A stretch of DNA of 64,000 nucleotides from the NCBI GenBank assembly GCA_963849325.1, contig CAWKHF010000002.1, positions 864,001-928,000 of the forward strand. Direction: 5' to 3'. Shown one piece after another: positions 39,977 to 51,777 of the stretch (the first letter of the stretch is position 1; every line of letters begins with the position of its first letter). This DNA comes from an uncultured Planctomycetota bacterium (GTDB taxonomy: Bacteria > Planctomycetota > Planctomycetia > Gemmatales > Gemmataceae). Both the position numbers and the translations under genes were made by a program. The notes under the pieces were generated by a model, which had not been told where the DNA came from, searched no databases, and worked only from the letters and a program-made list of their open reading frames with translations.

Positions 39977-42838
39977 GTGTCCGCCGAGTCGTTTCGTCAA
40001 TTCGCGGACCTCCTGCCGGAAGCGATGCTGCTGGTGTCGGCAGACGGTTCGATCCTGGAGGCCAACCAGGCCATGCAGGACCGGCTCGATCTGCCGCCGT
40101 CGCAACTGCGGGGCCGGCGGCTGACGGACCTGGCGACCGACCGTCCCGACGCCCTCGCTCCCTACCTTCGTGCCTGCGCCCGGAGTCGAGAGCGCGTGCT
40201 CGGTGCCTTGACGCTGAGAAGGTCCAGTGGAGAGACCCTCTCCTGTCGCTGCGAAGGGGCCGTTTTCCGTCCACGCGACGACAAGACTCCTGCCCTTATT
40301 CTGCTCCGGCTCACCTCGAAAGAAGCGGCCGTCAGCCAGTTCCTCGCCCTGAACCAGCGGGTGATGGAACTGACACGGGAGATCGCGCGGCGGACGGCGG
40401 CCGAGACCGCTCTGCACGAAAAAAGTGAGTCGCTTCAAGTCACCCTGGCGAGCATCGGCGATGCCGTCATCGCCACGGACCCACATGGGTCCGTGACGTT
40501 CCTCAACCCGGTGGCCGAGTCGTTGACCGGCTGGCGGCAGGACGAGGCGGTAGGACAGTCCATCGACAGGATCTTCCCCATCATCAACGAGAAGACCCGT
40601 CGGCCGGTCGAGGGTCCGGTGAGCCGGGTCATCCGCGAAGGCACCATCATCGGCCTGGCCAACCACACGCTCTTGCTCAGCCGCGACGGTACGGAAAGGC
40701 CCATTGACGACAGCGGCGCACCCATTCGAGACAGTCGCGGCGAGATCCTGGGGGCCGTCCTGGTCTTCCGCGACATGAGCGGCCGCCGCCAGGCCGAGGA
40801 GCGGACGCGGGCCAACGAGGAACGTCTACGGCTGGCGCTGGAGGCCGGCCACATGGGGACGTGGGACTGGAACACTCAGACCAACCAGGTCATCTGGTCG
40901 TCGGGCCTGGAGTCCATCCACGGGCTGGCCGCCGGCACGTTCCCCGGAACATTCGAGGCTTTCCAGCGCGACATTCACCCCGAGGATAGGGACCGTGTAT
41001 TGAGCGACATCGCCCAGACCCTGGAGCACGACCGCGACCACCACCTCGAATACCGCCTCCTCTGGCCGGACGGCTCGGTCCACTGGATCGAAGCGCGGGG
41101 CCGGGTCTTCCGCGATGAATCGGGCCAACCCGTTCGCATGACGGGGGTCTGCATGGACATCGACGAACGGAAGCGGACAGAGCAAACCCTGCGTTTCCTG
41201 GCCGGCGCCAGCTCCGAGCTGGCCGTGCTGGTGGATTACGAAAGCACCTTGCGAAAGGTGGCCCAGCTCGCCGTGCCTTTCTTCGCCGACTGGTGCGCCG
41301 TGGACATCGCCGAGGCGGACGGTTCGGTGCGGCGCCTGGCGGTGGCGCACGTGGACACGGCCAAGGTGAGCCTGGCGCACGAGCTGGCCCAGCGCTATCC
41401 GCCCGATCCCAAGGCGGAGCGCGGCGTGCTCCACGTGCTCCGCACCGGCCGATCCGAGCTGGTGGAGGAGATCCCCGATCGCTGGCTGGTGGAGGAGGCG
41501 CGGGACGAGGAGCAACTTCGCATTTTGCGCGAGCTGGGGTTGAAGTCTTACTTGTGTGTTCCCATCAAGGCGCACGGGGCACTGCTGGGCGTCCTTTCCT
41601 TCGTCATGGCCGAGTCGGGCCGCCGTTACGGCGCCGGCGATCTCGCCGTGGCGGAAGACCTGGCCCATCGTGCCGCCGTGGCCGTGGAAAACGCCCGGCT
41701 GTACCAGGAGCTGCGCGAGGCCGACCGCCGCAAGAACGAGTTCCTGGCAACGCTGGCTCACGAGCTGCGCAACCCCCTGGCCCCGGTTCGCAACGGTCTG
41801 CAAATCCTGCGGCTGGCACCCGCCAACGCGCAAGCCCTGGAGCAGGCCCGACAGATGATGGATCGCCAGCTTCAGCACATGGTCCGCCTCATCGACGATC
41901 TGCTGGACGTCAGCCGCATCACGCGCGGCAAGATCGACTTGCGCAAGGAGTGCGTGGACCTCGCCGCCATCGTCCACAGTGCCCTGGAAGCGAGCCGTTC
42001 GGTCATCGAAGACGCCGGCCACCAGCTGACAGTGGAAATGCCACGGGAGCCGGTTTACCTGTACGCCGATCCGATGCGTCTGTCGCAGGTGGTCACCAAC
42101 ATCCTGCAGAATGCCGCTCGCTACACGCCGCCGGGTGGTCACATCGGACTGACGGCGGAACAGCAGGACGACCAGGCCATCCTGCGCATGCGCGACACCG
42201 GACTGGGCATTCCTCCCGAAATGCTGCCGCGCATCTTCGAGATGTTCACGCAGATCAACCGCAGCCTGGATCGCTCGCAGGGAGGTTTGGGGATTGGATT
42301 GGCGCTGGTTCGGAACCTCGTCCACATGCACGGCGGGACAGTGCAAGCCCACAGCGAAGGACTCGGACGCGGCAGCGAATTCGTCGTGCGTTTGCCCGTC
42401 GCGCCGGTGGGAGCGAAGGGGAGCGGCGAGGAGAAGCAGGGCGAACCGTCGCGACAGTCGGGTTCGTCGTCCGCCCGCCGCATTCTGGTTGTCGATGACA
42501 ACGTGGATGCGGCGGAAAGTCTGGCGATGCTGCTGCGCATGTTGAATAACGAAGTGTGGATCGCCTACGATGGACCCACGGGATTGGAGCTGGCCCGGCG
42601 GCATCGGCCGGACCTCATCTTTCTCGACATCGGTCTGCCCGGCATGAACGGCTACAACGTCGCCCGCCGGCTGCGCCAGCTGCCCGAGTTGCATGGCGTC
42701 ACGCTCATCGCCGTGACGGGTTGGGGTCAACCCGAGGACCGCCGCCGTAGCCAGGAGGCCGGCTTCGACGAACATCTCGTCAAACCCGTGGACCCCGCCA
42801 TTCTCAGCGCGTTGCTCGACCATCCCGAGCCGCGCTGA
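39977..42838 (+). CDS. Hybrid sensor histidine kinase (3 PAS, GAF, HisKA, HATPase, receiver)
   Basis: SIGDAVIATD, IHPEDR, FADWCAVD, FLATLAHELRNPL, GGLGIGL, ILVVDDN..LDIGLP..HLVKP. Confidence 0.95.
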   Translation: MSAESFRQFADLLPEAMLLVSADGSILEANQAMQDRLDLPPSQLRGRRLTDLATDRPDALAPYLRACARSRERVLGALTLRRSSGETLSCRCEGAVFRPRDDKTPALILLRLTSKEAAVSQFLALNQRVMELTREIARRTAAETALHEKSESLQVTLASIGDAVIATDPHGSVTFLNPVAESLTGWRQDEAVGQSIDRIFPIINEKTRRPVEGPVSRVIREGTIIGLANHTLLLSRDGTERPIDDSGAPIRDSRGEILGAVLVFRDMSGRRQAEERTRANEERLRLALEAGHMGTWDWNTQTNQVIWSSGLESIHGLAAGTFPGTFEAFQRDIHPEDRDRVLSDIAQTLEHDRDHHLEYRLLWPDGSVHWIEARGRVFRDESGQPVRMTGVCMDIDERKRTEQTLRFLAGASSELAVLVDYESTLRKVAQLAVPFFADWCAVDIAEADGSVRRLAVAHVDTAKVSLAHELAQRYPPDPKAERGVLHVLRTGRSELVEEIPDRWLVEEARDEEQLRILRELGLKSYLCVPIKAHGALLGVLSFVMAESGRRYGAGDLAVAEDLAHRAAVAVENARLYQELREADRRKNEFLATLAHELRNPLAPVRNGLQILRLAPANAQALEQARQMMDRQLQHMVRLIDDLLDVSRITRGKIDLRKECVDLAAIVHSALEASRSVIEDAGHQLTVEMPREPVYLYADPMRLSQVVTNILQNAARYTPPGGHIGLTAEQQDDQAILRMRDTGLGIPPEMLPRIFEMFTQINRSLDRSQGGLGIGLALVRNLVHMHGGTVQAHSEGLGRGSEFVVRLPVAPVGAKGSGEEKQGEPSRQSGSSSARRILVVDDNVDAAESLAMLLRMLNNEVWIAYDGPTGLELARRHRPDLIFLDIGLPGMNGYNVARRLRQLPELHGVTLIAVTGWGQPEDRRRSQEAGFDEHLVKPVDPAILSALLDHPEPR

Positions 42839-42845
42839 CAGCGAG

Positions 42846-42897
42846 CGGAGCCCGCAGCGTCAGCGAGGGAAAGTCCTCGCTAACGCTGCGGGCTCCG
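42846..42897. repeat. REP-like hairpin downstream of the kinase
   Basis: CGGAGCCCGCAGCGTCAGCGAGG-gaaagt-CCTCGCTAACGCTGCGGGCTCCG: 23-bp arms, one mismatch, no U-tract. Confidence 0.8.
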
Positions 42898-43018
42898 ATT
42901 GCCGTTCGTTCGTAACCGCCGTGTAACAAGCGCGAACAGAGTTGAAGAGAGAAGCCAATCCGTTTAGCATCGAAGGCAGTGTTCTCTTCCTCGTCCTGTC
43001 CACTTCCCGGGAGAGGTT

Positions 43019-44151
43019 ATGAAGCCAGCTGAACCAACCGCACGCCTGAGCCTCTGGGTTCGCCGGATGTTGGCCGTCGTCCTCTTGTTCCTCCTGCCCC
43101 TGGCCGTACCACTGCTGAACGGTCAAGATCGCGTGAAAGATCGCGTGGACCGGCTGAAGGAGAAAAAGACCGAGAAGACGGAGGAGAAAAAAGCCGATCC
43201 GGACGCCAAGACACCCACCGAAAAGGCGGCGAAGAAGCCGGCCCCCGGCGTACCGGCCGGAGTGGAAGTTCAGTTCATCGACGACAGCATTATGAAGATG
43301 ACCGTCCGCGACGAGCGCATCGAGATGAGCACGCCTTACGGCAAACTGCTGATCCCGGCGCACGACATCGAGCGGATCGAGTTCGCTTTCCGCATTCCCG
43401 AAGACGTCGCCCGACGGATCGAGACGGCGATCGCGGACCTCGGCAAGTCGGACTTCCATCGCCGCGAAGCCGCCTCCGCCGAACTCCGCGAGCTGCGCCA
43501 GCGTGCCTATCCCGCCCTGTTGAAAGCCGAGAAATCGTCCGACCCCGAAGTGGCGCACCGCGCCCGCGAACTGCTGGAGCAGGTCCGCGTCGAAGTACCG
43601 GAGGAGCGTCTCCAGTTCCGCACGCACAACGTCGTTTACACGGAGGAGTCGAAGTTCACCGGCCGTCTCACCTCGGCCGCGCTGAGGGTCCACACCTGGC
43701 AATTCGGCGAACAGCAGCTCAAGCTGTCTGACGTGCGTGACCTGCGCTCGCAGTGGGCGGCCGAGCCGGAGCCGGCCAACGTCCAGGCCGACCCCGGGAA
43801 CATGACCTCCTTTCAGGGCCAGGTCGGCAAGGTCCATGTCTTCCGGGTCACGGGCGGCGCAGCAACGCGCCGGGCGGCATGGCGGTCATGCGCGGCGGGT
43901 TGATCATCGCCGGGGCGCAAGGTTTCGTGTGGGGCACCGATACGTACACGCTCGACTCGTCCCTGGCGCTGACCGCCGTCCACGCGGGCGTTCTCAAGAC
44001 GGGACAGACCGGCGTGGTGCGCGTCAAGATCCTCGGGCCGCAGGCGGGCTTCCAGGGTTCAACGCGCAACGGCGTCACCAGCATGCCTTACGGCTTTTAC
44101 AACGGCGGCTACGAGTTCGTGCGCGGCCGCGCCCGCCGGCCGCCGCGCTGA
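43019..44151 (+). CDS. Secreted protein with C-terminal LCCL domain (indel near 43865)
   Basis: Signal peptide; HEAT-like IADLGKSDFHRREAAS; LCCL motif VWGTDTYTLDSSLALTAVHAG..GSTRNGVTS in the second frame. Confidence 0.8.
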
Positions 44152-44157
44152 ACGAGG

Positions 44158-45609
44158 CTATCCCTCTCGCTTCGCCACCTCGTCGCGATCGCGCTGCGCC
44201 GCGGCTGTCTCTCCTTTCGCCTCGTGAACTTCGGCACGAGTGCGATACGCTTCGGCGCAGCTCGGATCGAGGCGGATCGCTTCCGTGCAGTCGGCGAGGG
44301 CTCGATCGTACTCGTTCCGGGCGAGATGGACCAAGGCTCGTTGACTGTAGGCATCCGCCTCGTAGGGACAGAGCCGGATGGCGCGCGTCAGATCGCGGAC
44401 GGCCTTGTCGTATTTTTTCGCTTCGTACCACAGCTCGGCGCGTTCGAGGTAGGCCGAATCGTCCTTGGGATCGAGTCCCAGCGCCTGGTTCAGATCGGCC
44501 AGGGCCTTGTCGCTCTCTCCTTGAGAGACGTAGGCGGAGCCGCGCTCTCGATACGCCTCGGCGAAGTTCGGATAGCGACGAATCGCCTCGCTGAAGTCGG
44601 CGATGGCTTGCCGAGAGGAGCCGACCTCCAGATAGATACAGCCGCGCTCGTAGAAGGCGTCGGCCCTTTCTTCTTTCTCGGTGAGCTGGATCAAGCGAGT
44701 GCAATCGGCGAGGGCGTTGTCCCATTCGCCCAGGTCGCGGTAACACGCCGCCCGTTGCCGATAGGCATCGAGGTAATCCGGATAACGACGCAGGGCCACA
44801 TTGCATTCGGCGAGGGCGTGTCGGGTGTACTGCTCTTCCGCCTCCCGAGTTCGTGCCGCGGCCGCCGCATCGATCCGCCACCCGGCCGGGTCCTGGTGAT
44901 AGCACTCGACCAGGATCTGATATAGCTCCGGATGCCGCCGGCGCAGCTCCAGCGGTTGAAGGAAGAAGCACTCGGTGGCCACGGCGAAGAACTCGGCGCG
45001 GCTGGACGCGCCATATGAATCGAGCAGAGTGGGCCGCTCATGCTCGGCGTCTTCGACCAGCTGCTGATACGCCGTCGCCAGCACGGTCTCGCAGCGTTCC
45101 GCCTTGGTGGGATCGTCGATCGGAGGCAGGCCGGATCGCGGATCGCCTCGTTCCGCCCATTTGTGGGCGAACTCGTGCAGCACGACGTTGGAGCGGCCCC
45201 GATGCCGACCTCCCCAGCGCGCCTCCCACCAGGACAGCACGACCGGGCCGTCCGCGTGGGCCTCGCCGAGACGATGCCCCAGCTGGTCCTCGATCCCCAG
45301 CGGGTCCGGTTCGATGCCCAGATAGCCGCCCGGATAGACGAGGATGGTCTTGACCTCCTCAAAACAATCGTCGTCCAATCCCAGGACGAGCAAACAAGCC
45401 TGGCCGGCGATGGTCACGCGGATCTCCTCGGTGATCCGCAAACCCGCGCAGCCCTCCCAGAACTTGGCGGCGATGAACCTCGGCACGGCCTGGCGCAGTC
45501 GCGCCTGGTCTCCCTCCGGGAGCAGCCCATAGAGCAAAACGTTTTCGCGCAGATAGGATAGCCAGGCTTCCGGGAACGACTCGTCAGACGGCCGCCGGTG
45601 CGGGGGCAT
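44158..45609 (-). CDS. MtfA / peptidase M90 domain fused to C-terminal TPR repeats
   Basis: IAGQACLL, TILVYP, GPVVLSW, NVVLHEFAH, AEFFAVATECFF; about six TPRs (AIADFSEAIR, ALADLNQAL). Confidence 0.9.
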   Translation of the reverse strand: MPPHRRPSDESFPEAWLSYLRENVLLYGLLPEGDQARLRQAVPRFIAAKFWEGCAGLRITEEIRVTIAGQACLLVLGLDDDCFEEVKTILVYPGGYLGIEPDPLGIEDQLGHRLGEAHADGPVVLSWWEARWGGRHRGRSNVVLHEFAHKWAERGDPRSGLPPIDDPTKAERCETVLATAYQQLVEDAEHERPTLLDSYGASSRAEFFAVATECFFLQPLELRRRHPELYQILVECYHQDPAGWRIDAAAAARTREAEEQYTRHALAECNVALRRYPDYLDAYRQRAACYRDLGEWDNALADCTRLIQLTEKEERADAFYERGCIYLEVGSSRQAIADFSEAIRRYPNFAEAYRERGSAYVSQGESDKALADLNQALGLDPKDDSAYLERAELWYEAKKYDKAVRDLTRAIRLCPYEADAYSQRALVHLARNEYDRALADCTEAIRLDPSCAEAYRTRAEVHEAKGETAAAQRDRDEVAKREG

Positions 45610-45657
45610 GGAAAGGCTCCGGACACTCTCCCCAGGAGGGTGCGAGTGAGTGTCGCT

Positions 45658-47447
45658 CTATCGCAGGTCGAATTCCTCCACCTGCGCCGCCGAGACGCGG
45701 CCTTCCACGTCCCAACCGCGCGCGGCGTAGTACGCCTCGATCATGGCTGTCAGCCGTTCCGCGGCAGCGTGGCCTCCGCGCCGGCGCCGGTCGGCAGTCC
45801 TTCGCTCAGGAAGCGCTTCGGCAAGGTGTCCTCGGCGGCGGTCCAGCCCTCGCGCTGGTTGTACAGCTTCTTGGCCGCGACGACCCTCCGCGCCACAGTG
45901 CGTAGCTCGTCCGCCGTCACGTCCCAGCCGGTCACGCGCCGCAGCATCTCGGCGCCCTCGGCATACAAATCCGCGAACACGCCGCGCAGGAATTTGCAAA
46001 GAATCAGCGAATCAATGAGGGCGGCGCGATCCTCCGTTTCCACGGCGAGGGCGGCGGCGGCCGGTGAGCCGTGCAGGCGGTCGGCGTGCGGCGAGAAGTC
46101 GATTTCGTAGGCGCCGCTGCGGTTATGGTCGGCGCCGCGCGAACCGACGGCAAAGCCCAGCGCCATCGTCTGCAAGGTGCGCGGCTCGTAGCCGGGCAGC
46201 TCCAGCCCCTTGACGTGAGGGGCGAAGTCAGGAGCATCGCCACCGATCCGCGCCGCCGCTCGCCGGCTGCCCTCGGCGAGCAGGTCGCCCAGTCCCGGCT
46301 CTCGCTGCGCGATCCGCGGCAGCAGGGATAACAGCATGTCACCATTGCCGAAGTGCAGACCGTCCGCTCGTAGCAGGCCGCGCTCGGCGCACTCCATGCC
46401 GAAAGCGATGGTCGCTCCCGCCGAGATGGTATCCATGCCGAGTTGATCGCACAGCCGGGCGGCCCGCAGCACCACGTCGCGGTCGGCGATGCCGCACAGC
46501 GGGCCGAGCGCGAACAGGCTTTCGTATTCCAAACGTACTTCCCCGTCAGAGGCGGCATAAATGTGTTCGCAGCCGATCGTGCAGGCGGCGCAGGAATGAC
46601 GGGCCACGCGGCGGGCCTCGTTCAGCGACTCACCGGATAGCTCGTTCGCCTCGGCGAACTGGCCCTGCTGGAAATTGCGCGTCGGCAGAGCGTGCAGGCG
46701 GTTGAACGTCAGCAGGTTGGCGACGGTGCCCAGCTCGCGGTACTTCGCCGTGGCCGGCCCGAACGACCGCTGCGACAGGTCGCGCGCCGCCGCCACGACG
46801 CCGGCCGGATCGGCGACCGGCACGCGCTGCGAACCGCGGACCAGGATCGCCTTCAACCGCTTCGACCCCATCACCGCGCCGAGTCCGCCACGACCGGCGT
46901 GCCGGTTGGCATGGCTGATGGTGGCGTAGCGCACGCCGTTCTCGCCGGCCGGGCCGATCACGGCACTCTGATAGTCCTCTCCGAATCGCTCGCGCAACCG
47001 CGCTGTCGTCGCATCGCTCGTCTGGCCCCATAAATCGCCCGCCGGTTCCAGGCGGATCGTCCCGTCATCGATCACCAGCAAGCTCGGCGCGGCGCAGGCG
47101 CCGACGATCACCAGGGCGTCGGCGCCTGCGCGTTTGCCGGCGAGGGCGAAGTGCGACGACGACAGGGCGTCATTGAGGCGGAAGGTCAGCGGCGACTTGG
47201 CGACGACGGCGAACTTCGCGGACGTCGTCAGCGGCGTGCCGACGAGCGGGCTGAAGCAGAAGATCAGGGCGGCCTCCGGCGCCAGCGGATCGACGCCGGC
47301 CGGACCCTCGCGGTGCAGTAGCCAGGTGCCCAGACCGACACCGCCGAGGAAGCGGCGCAGCACCGTCTCCGGCAGCGGCATTCCGTTCGCCGTTCCCTCC
47401 GTCACGTCGATCCGCAGATAACGCCCGTGATAACCGCCCATGCACAT
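45658..47447 (-). CDS. Aldehyde:ferredoxin oxidoreductase family protein (indel near 45760)
   Basis: FLGGVGLG, AKSPLT, IGPAGEN, AGRGGLGAVMGSKRLKA, CAACTIGC, EYE, GMDTIS, DSLILC, YYAARGWD. Confidence 0.93.
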
Positions 47448-48204
47448 CACGTCCTCAACTCATCCCGCCAGCGCCGGGGCACGGCATCGAAGGCGGCCTG
47501 GTAGGTCGCTTCCAGGGCGCCAAAACATAGACATCCGGTTCCAGAAACAAGGGCATCGGAGGTAATTCGTCGCCCACGGATACCGGTTCGATGAATGCGC
47601 GTTTCACGTAACCGGCCGAGTAACTGACCAGGGTCAACGGCTTGTCCGGAGGCAACTGAAAGTTGTCTTCGACGATCTCCGACCAGATGGCCGCATGAAT
47701 GCCTTGCGGATCGCGCGGCCCGGGCGGGAACAGGTCCAGGACGAGCAGATGGATGCCGGCTTCGAGGAATTCCAGCGATTTCTCGACGAACGCCCGAATG
47801 GCATGGCGACTCGCCTTGTTGCCGGGAGAGACGATTTCGACGAGGGCCACGACTTGATCGTCGCTGACGTGGCGAATGGCAATACGGTTGCGTTTGCGGG
47901 CATAGATTTCCTCTTCGGCCGAGGCGGTGAAGCGGACACGGGGAGGAGCGTCGGCCAGAGCGATGCCGCCGCGAGTCGGGGAGGCGTTCGAGGGACCGTT
48001 GCCGCCATCGGAGGGAGAAGCCGGCCGATCTCGTCCCAAGGTCAGCACGTCGGGGTGGAGTCCGCCCGAGACTTGCTCCGCCAGGGCGTAGTAATCTGGC
48101 GGCAGAAGACCCTGGTTTAAGGCGTGCTTGATGGTGAAAACCCAGTCGTGATGGAAATCGTGAAAGATCCCAGCATAGACACGGGTCCAATCGTGAATCG
48201 GCAT
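47447..48204 (-). CDS. DUF4058 family protein (Uma2/restriction-endonuclease-like fold; indel near 47516)
   Basis: MPIHDWTRVYAGIFHDFH, PDVL, EIVSPGNK, GIHLLVLDLFPP; corrected end LEATYQAAF..ELRT* with TGATG overlap to the AOR gene. Confidence 0.82.
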
Positions 48205-48245
48205 GACGTCTTCCTCCCCAAAGCGACGAAATCCGCTCTCCGCGA

Positions 48246-48251
48246 ATTATA
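48246..48251 (-). promoter_or_regulatory. Candidate -10 box (TATAAT) for the DUF4058-AOR unit
   Basis: ATTATA on the + strand about 40 nt upstream of ATG 48204; rare in this GC-rich context. Confidence 0.35.
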
Positions 48252-48410
48252 CCCGCTCCGCTCCTTTTCCGCCGCATCCGTCGGAATATCTGGGGCTGGA
48301 AGGATACGTTCAAGAAAAATGCGACAACAGATGTTATCGGGTAGTACACTGGTTATAGTCAATCCGGCCAGACTCCCACGGAGGATCGGCCCCACCAGGC
48401 GAGACCCACC

Positions 48411-51400
48411 ATGCCGCACTGCCGGCCTATCCTATCCCTCGTCCTTCTGCTGGCACTTGGCACGCTGTCCGGGCTGCCGCCTGTCTTGCGAGCAGCGGAG
48501 ACCTCAGCGCAAGGGGTGGAATTCTTCGAGAACAAGGTGCGTCCCGTCCTGGTACGTTCACTGCTACTCGTGCCACTCGAAGCAGGCGAAGAAGCTGCGC
48601 GGCGGCTTGCGGCTGGATAGCCGCGAGGCGCTGCTGGCCGGCGGCGATAGCGGGCCGGCCCTGGTGCCCGGCCAGCCGGACAAGAGTCGTTTCATTGAGG
48701 CTATCGGCTACAAGGACGTCGAATTGCAGATGCCGCCTCGCGGTAAGCTGCCCGATGCGGTCATCGCCGACCTGACGGCATGGGTGCGAATCGGAGCGCC
48801 CTGGCCGAGGCAGCAGGTGGTCGCGGAGCACGGCACCAACAAGGCGACGTTCGACCTCGCCCAGCGCAAGCGCGACCATTGGGCCTGGCAGCCGATTCAC
48901 CCGCACTCGCCGCCATCGGTGCGTGACACGAACTGGCCCCGCGATCCGGTTGATCGCTTCATCCTGGCCTGCCTGGAAGAAAAGGGGCTGTCCCCGGCGA
49001 AGGCCGCCGACCGTCGCACCCTCCTTCGCCGGCTGTCCTTCGACCTGATCGGCCTACCGCCGACGCCGGACGAGGTCGAGGCTTTTCTCCGCGACACTTC
49101 GACCGACGCCATCGAGAAGGTCGTGGATCGCCTGCTCGCTTCGCCGCACTTCGGCGAGCGCTGGGGCCGGCACTGGCTCGACCTGGTACGCTACGCCGAG
49201 ACGCGCGGCCACGAATTCGACTATCCGATCCCCAACGCCTATCAGTACCGCGATTACGTTGTTCGCGCGCTCAACTGCCGACGTGCCGTACAATCAGTTC
49301 GTCGTCGAGCAACTGGCGGGCGATCTGCTGCCGAAACCGCGACTGCACCCGGAGCAGGGCTTCAACGAATCGATCCTCGGCACCGGCTTCTGGTTCCTCG
49401 GCGAGGAGGTGCATTCGCCGGTGGACGTTCGACAGGACCAGGCCGATCGCTTCGACAACAAGGTCGATGTGCTGTCCAAGGCGTTCCTCGGCCTGACCGT
49501 CGCCTGCGCTCGCTGCCACGATCACAAGTTCGACGCCATCTCCACGAAGGATTACTACGCCCTGTTCGGCTTCCTCCAGAGCAGTCATTATCGTCTGGCG
49601 CGCTTCGATTCGATGGAGCACAACCGCCGCGTCGCCGCGGAACTGTGGCAGCTGCGCCGAAGGGTCGCGCGCCGATCCAGAAGGCATTGGCCGATGGACT
49701 GCGACCGGGAGTGGAGCACGTGGCCGACTATCTGCTGGCGGCACGCACGGCGATGCAGGCCCATGTGGACTCGACGCGGAGACTGGAGGAAATGGCTCGC
49801 GCCCGCCGGCTCGATGCGGCCGTCCTCGGTCGGTGGCTGGCGCATTTGCAAACGGCGGTTCGGGATGAGAACGATGCGCTGCATAACTGGGCGAAGGTTG
49901 CTGTCGGTACGGCCGCGGCGGATGGCAAGCACTTCGCCAAGCTGGGTGAGGAAAGGGACGAAAAGGGGACGCAGCTCCTTCTCGATTACGCACACAGCAA
50001 GGCCGACGACTGGTTGGCAGACGGTTTCGCCTTCGGTCCCGGCCCGGTACGGCCGGGCGAGTTGCACATCGGCGGCGATCGGGAGAAGCCGATCCTGCGC
50101 TTCCGCGAATACGCCGCCGCCGAGAAAGATCCGGTGTGGGACGTACTGAAACTGGCCCCCGGCACCGCGAACGATCCGGGAGCGCTGGGGTCCGTGGTGC
50201 GCGCCGGCCGGACGCTGCGCACGCCGACGTTTTCGCTCACCAACGGCAGGGTGTTTTATCTCGTCAAGGGCAGCGGTTTCGTGTACGCGGCCGTCGGCTC
50301 GCACGTCATGATCGCTGGGCCGCTGCACGGCCAAATCGTCCGCACGGTCAACACTGGCGATCGTTTCCAGTGGGTTGGCCACGACCTGAGCGCCTACCAG
50401 GGACAACGCATCCACCTGGAGTTCACGCCCACCAGCAACGGAGATTTCGCTATCGCCAAGATCGTCCAGGGCGACAATCCGCCGCCGGACGTCGAGCACC
50501 CCAATCCGCTCCTTTGCGAAACCTTCGCCGGCGCCGGCACTCCGGAAGCGCTGGCGGAGGCGTATCAGCGCCTTTTCCTCGACACCCTGGACAAGCTGGC
50601 CGCCGACCGCATCGTTAGCTCAACCACGGCAACCGAACACGCTCGCCTGGCGAACTGGTTGATCGGACATGCCGACTTGTTCGGCGCGGCCGGGGCCGGC
50701 GAGGGCGAGACTCGCGCCTTTCTCGCCCAGCAAGCCAGGATCGCGGCCGGCATCCAGCGTGAATCGCGCCTGTGCGTGGCCATGATCGACGGCAGCCCGG
50801 AGAATGAATACGTGTTTATCCGCGGCTCGCCCAAGGCCCGCGGCGAAACGGTGCCGCGCCGCTTCCTGGAGGCGCTGGCCGTTCCATCATCTCCGGCAAT
50901 CTCTCATGGCAGCGGCCGGCTCGAACTGGCGCGCCAGATGATCGATCCGGTCACGAACCCCTTCCTGCCGCGCGTGCTGGTCAATCGTGTCTGGCATCAC
51001 CTGTTCGGCCGCGGCATCGTCGCCTCAACTGACAATTTCGGCGTCCTTGGCGAACGGCCGACGCACCCCGAATTGCTCGACTACCTCGCCGACCGCTTCG
51101 TCCGGGACGGCTGGTCGATCAAAAAAATGATTCGCGCCCTGGTTCTGTCGAGCGCCTATCGTATGGCGAGCCAGGCCGACGAGGCATCGGATCGCGCCGA
51201 TCCAGACGACGTGCTGCTGCACCGCATGCGCCGGCGGCGGCTGGAGGGCGAGGCGATCCGCGATGCGATTCTGGTTGTCTCTGGGCGGTTGGTGGATCGA
51301 CTGTACGGGCCGCCGGTGCCGATCCACCTGACGGAGTTTCAGGCCGGACGCGGCCGGCCCGCCAGTGGCCCGATCAACGGCGACGGCCGGCGCAGTCTCT

Positions 51401-51759
51401 ATCTGTCGGTACGGCGTAATTTCCTGTCGCCGTTCTTGCTGGCCTTCGATACGCCAAGTCCGTTTTCCACCGTCGGCCGTCGCACCGTCTCCAACGTGCC
51501 GGCCCAGTCGCTCATCCTGCTCAACGATCCGTTTGTGCATGAGCAGGCCCAGCGGTGGGCGCAGCGCGTCCTCGCCCAGCCCGGCACGCCGCGCGAACGG
51601 ATCATTCGCATGTATGAAAGCGCTTTCACCCATCCTCCGACCGAGATGGAACTGTCGGCGTGCCTGGATTATCTCGAACGCCGGCAGGCGAACCCGACCG
51701 CATGGGCGGACCTTGCTCACGTCCTGTTCAACGTCAAGGACTTCCTCTTCCTCAACTGA
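48411..51759 (+). CDS. Planctomycete cytochrome c + DUF1549 + DUF1553 (PSD1) protein (indels near 48555, 49277, 49660)
   Basis: Signal peptide, FFENKVRPVL, CYSCH, HWAWQP, GERWGRHWLDLVRYAE, CARCHDHKFD, NRVWHHLFGRG, NVPAQSL. Confidence 0.92.
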
Positions 51760-51777
51760 CTTCGCTGGGACCTCGTT

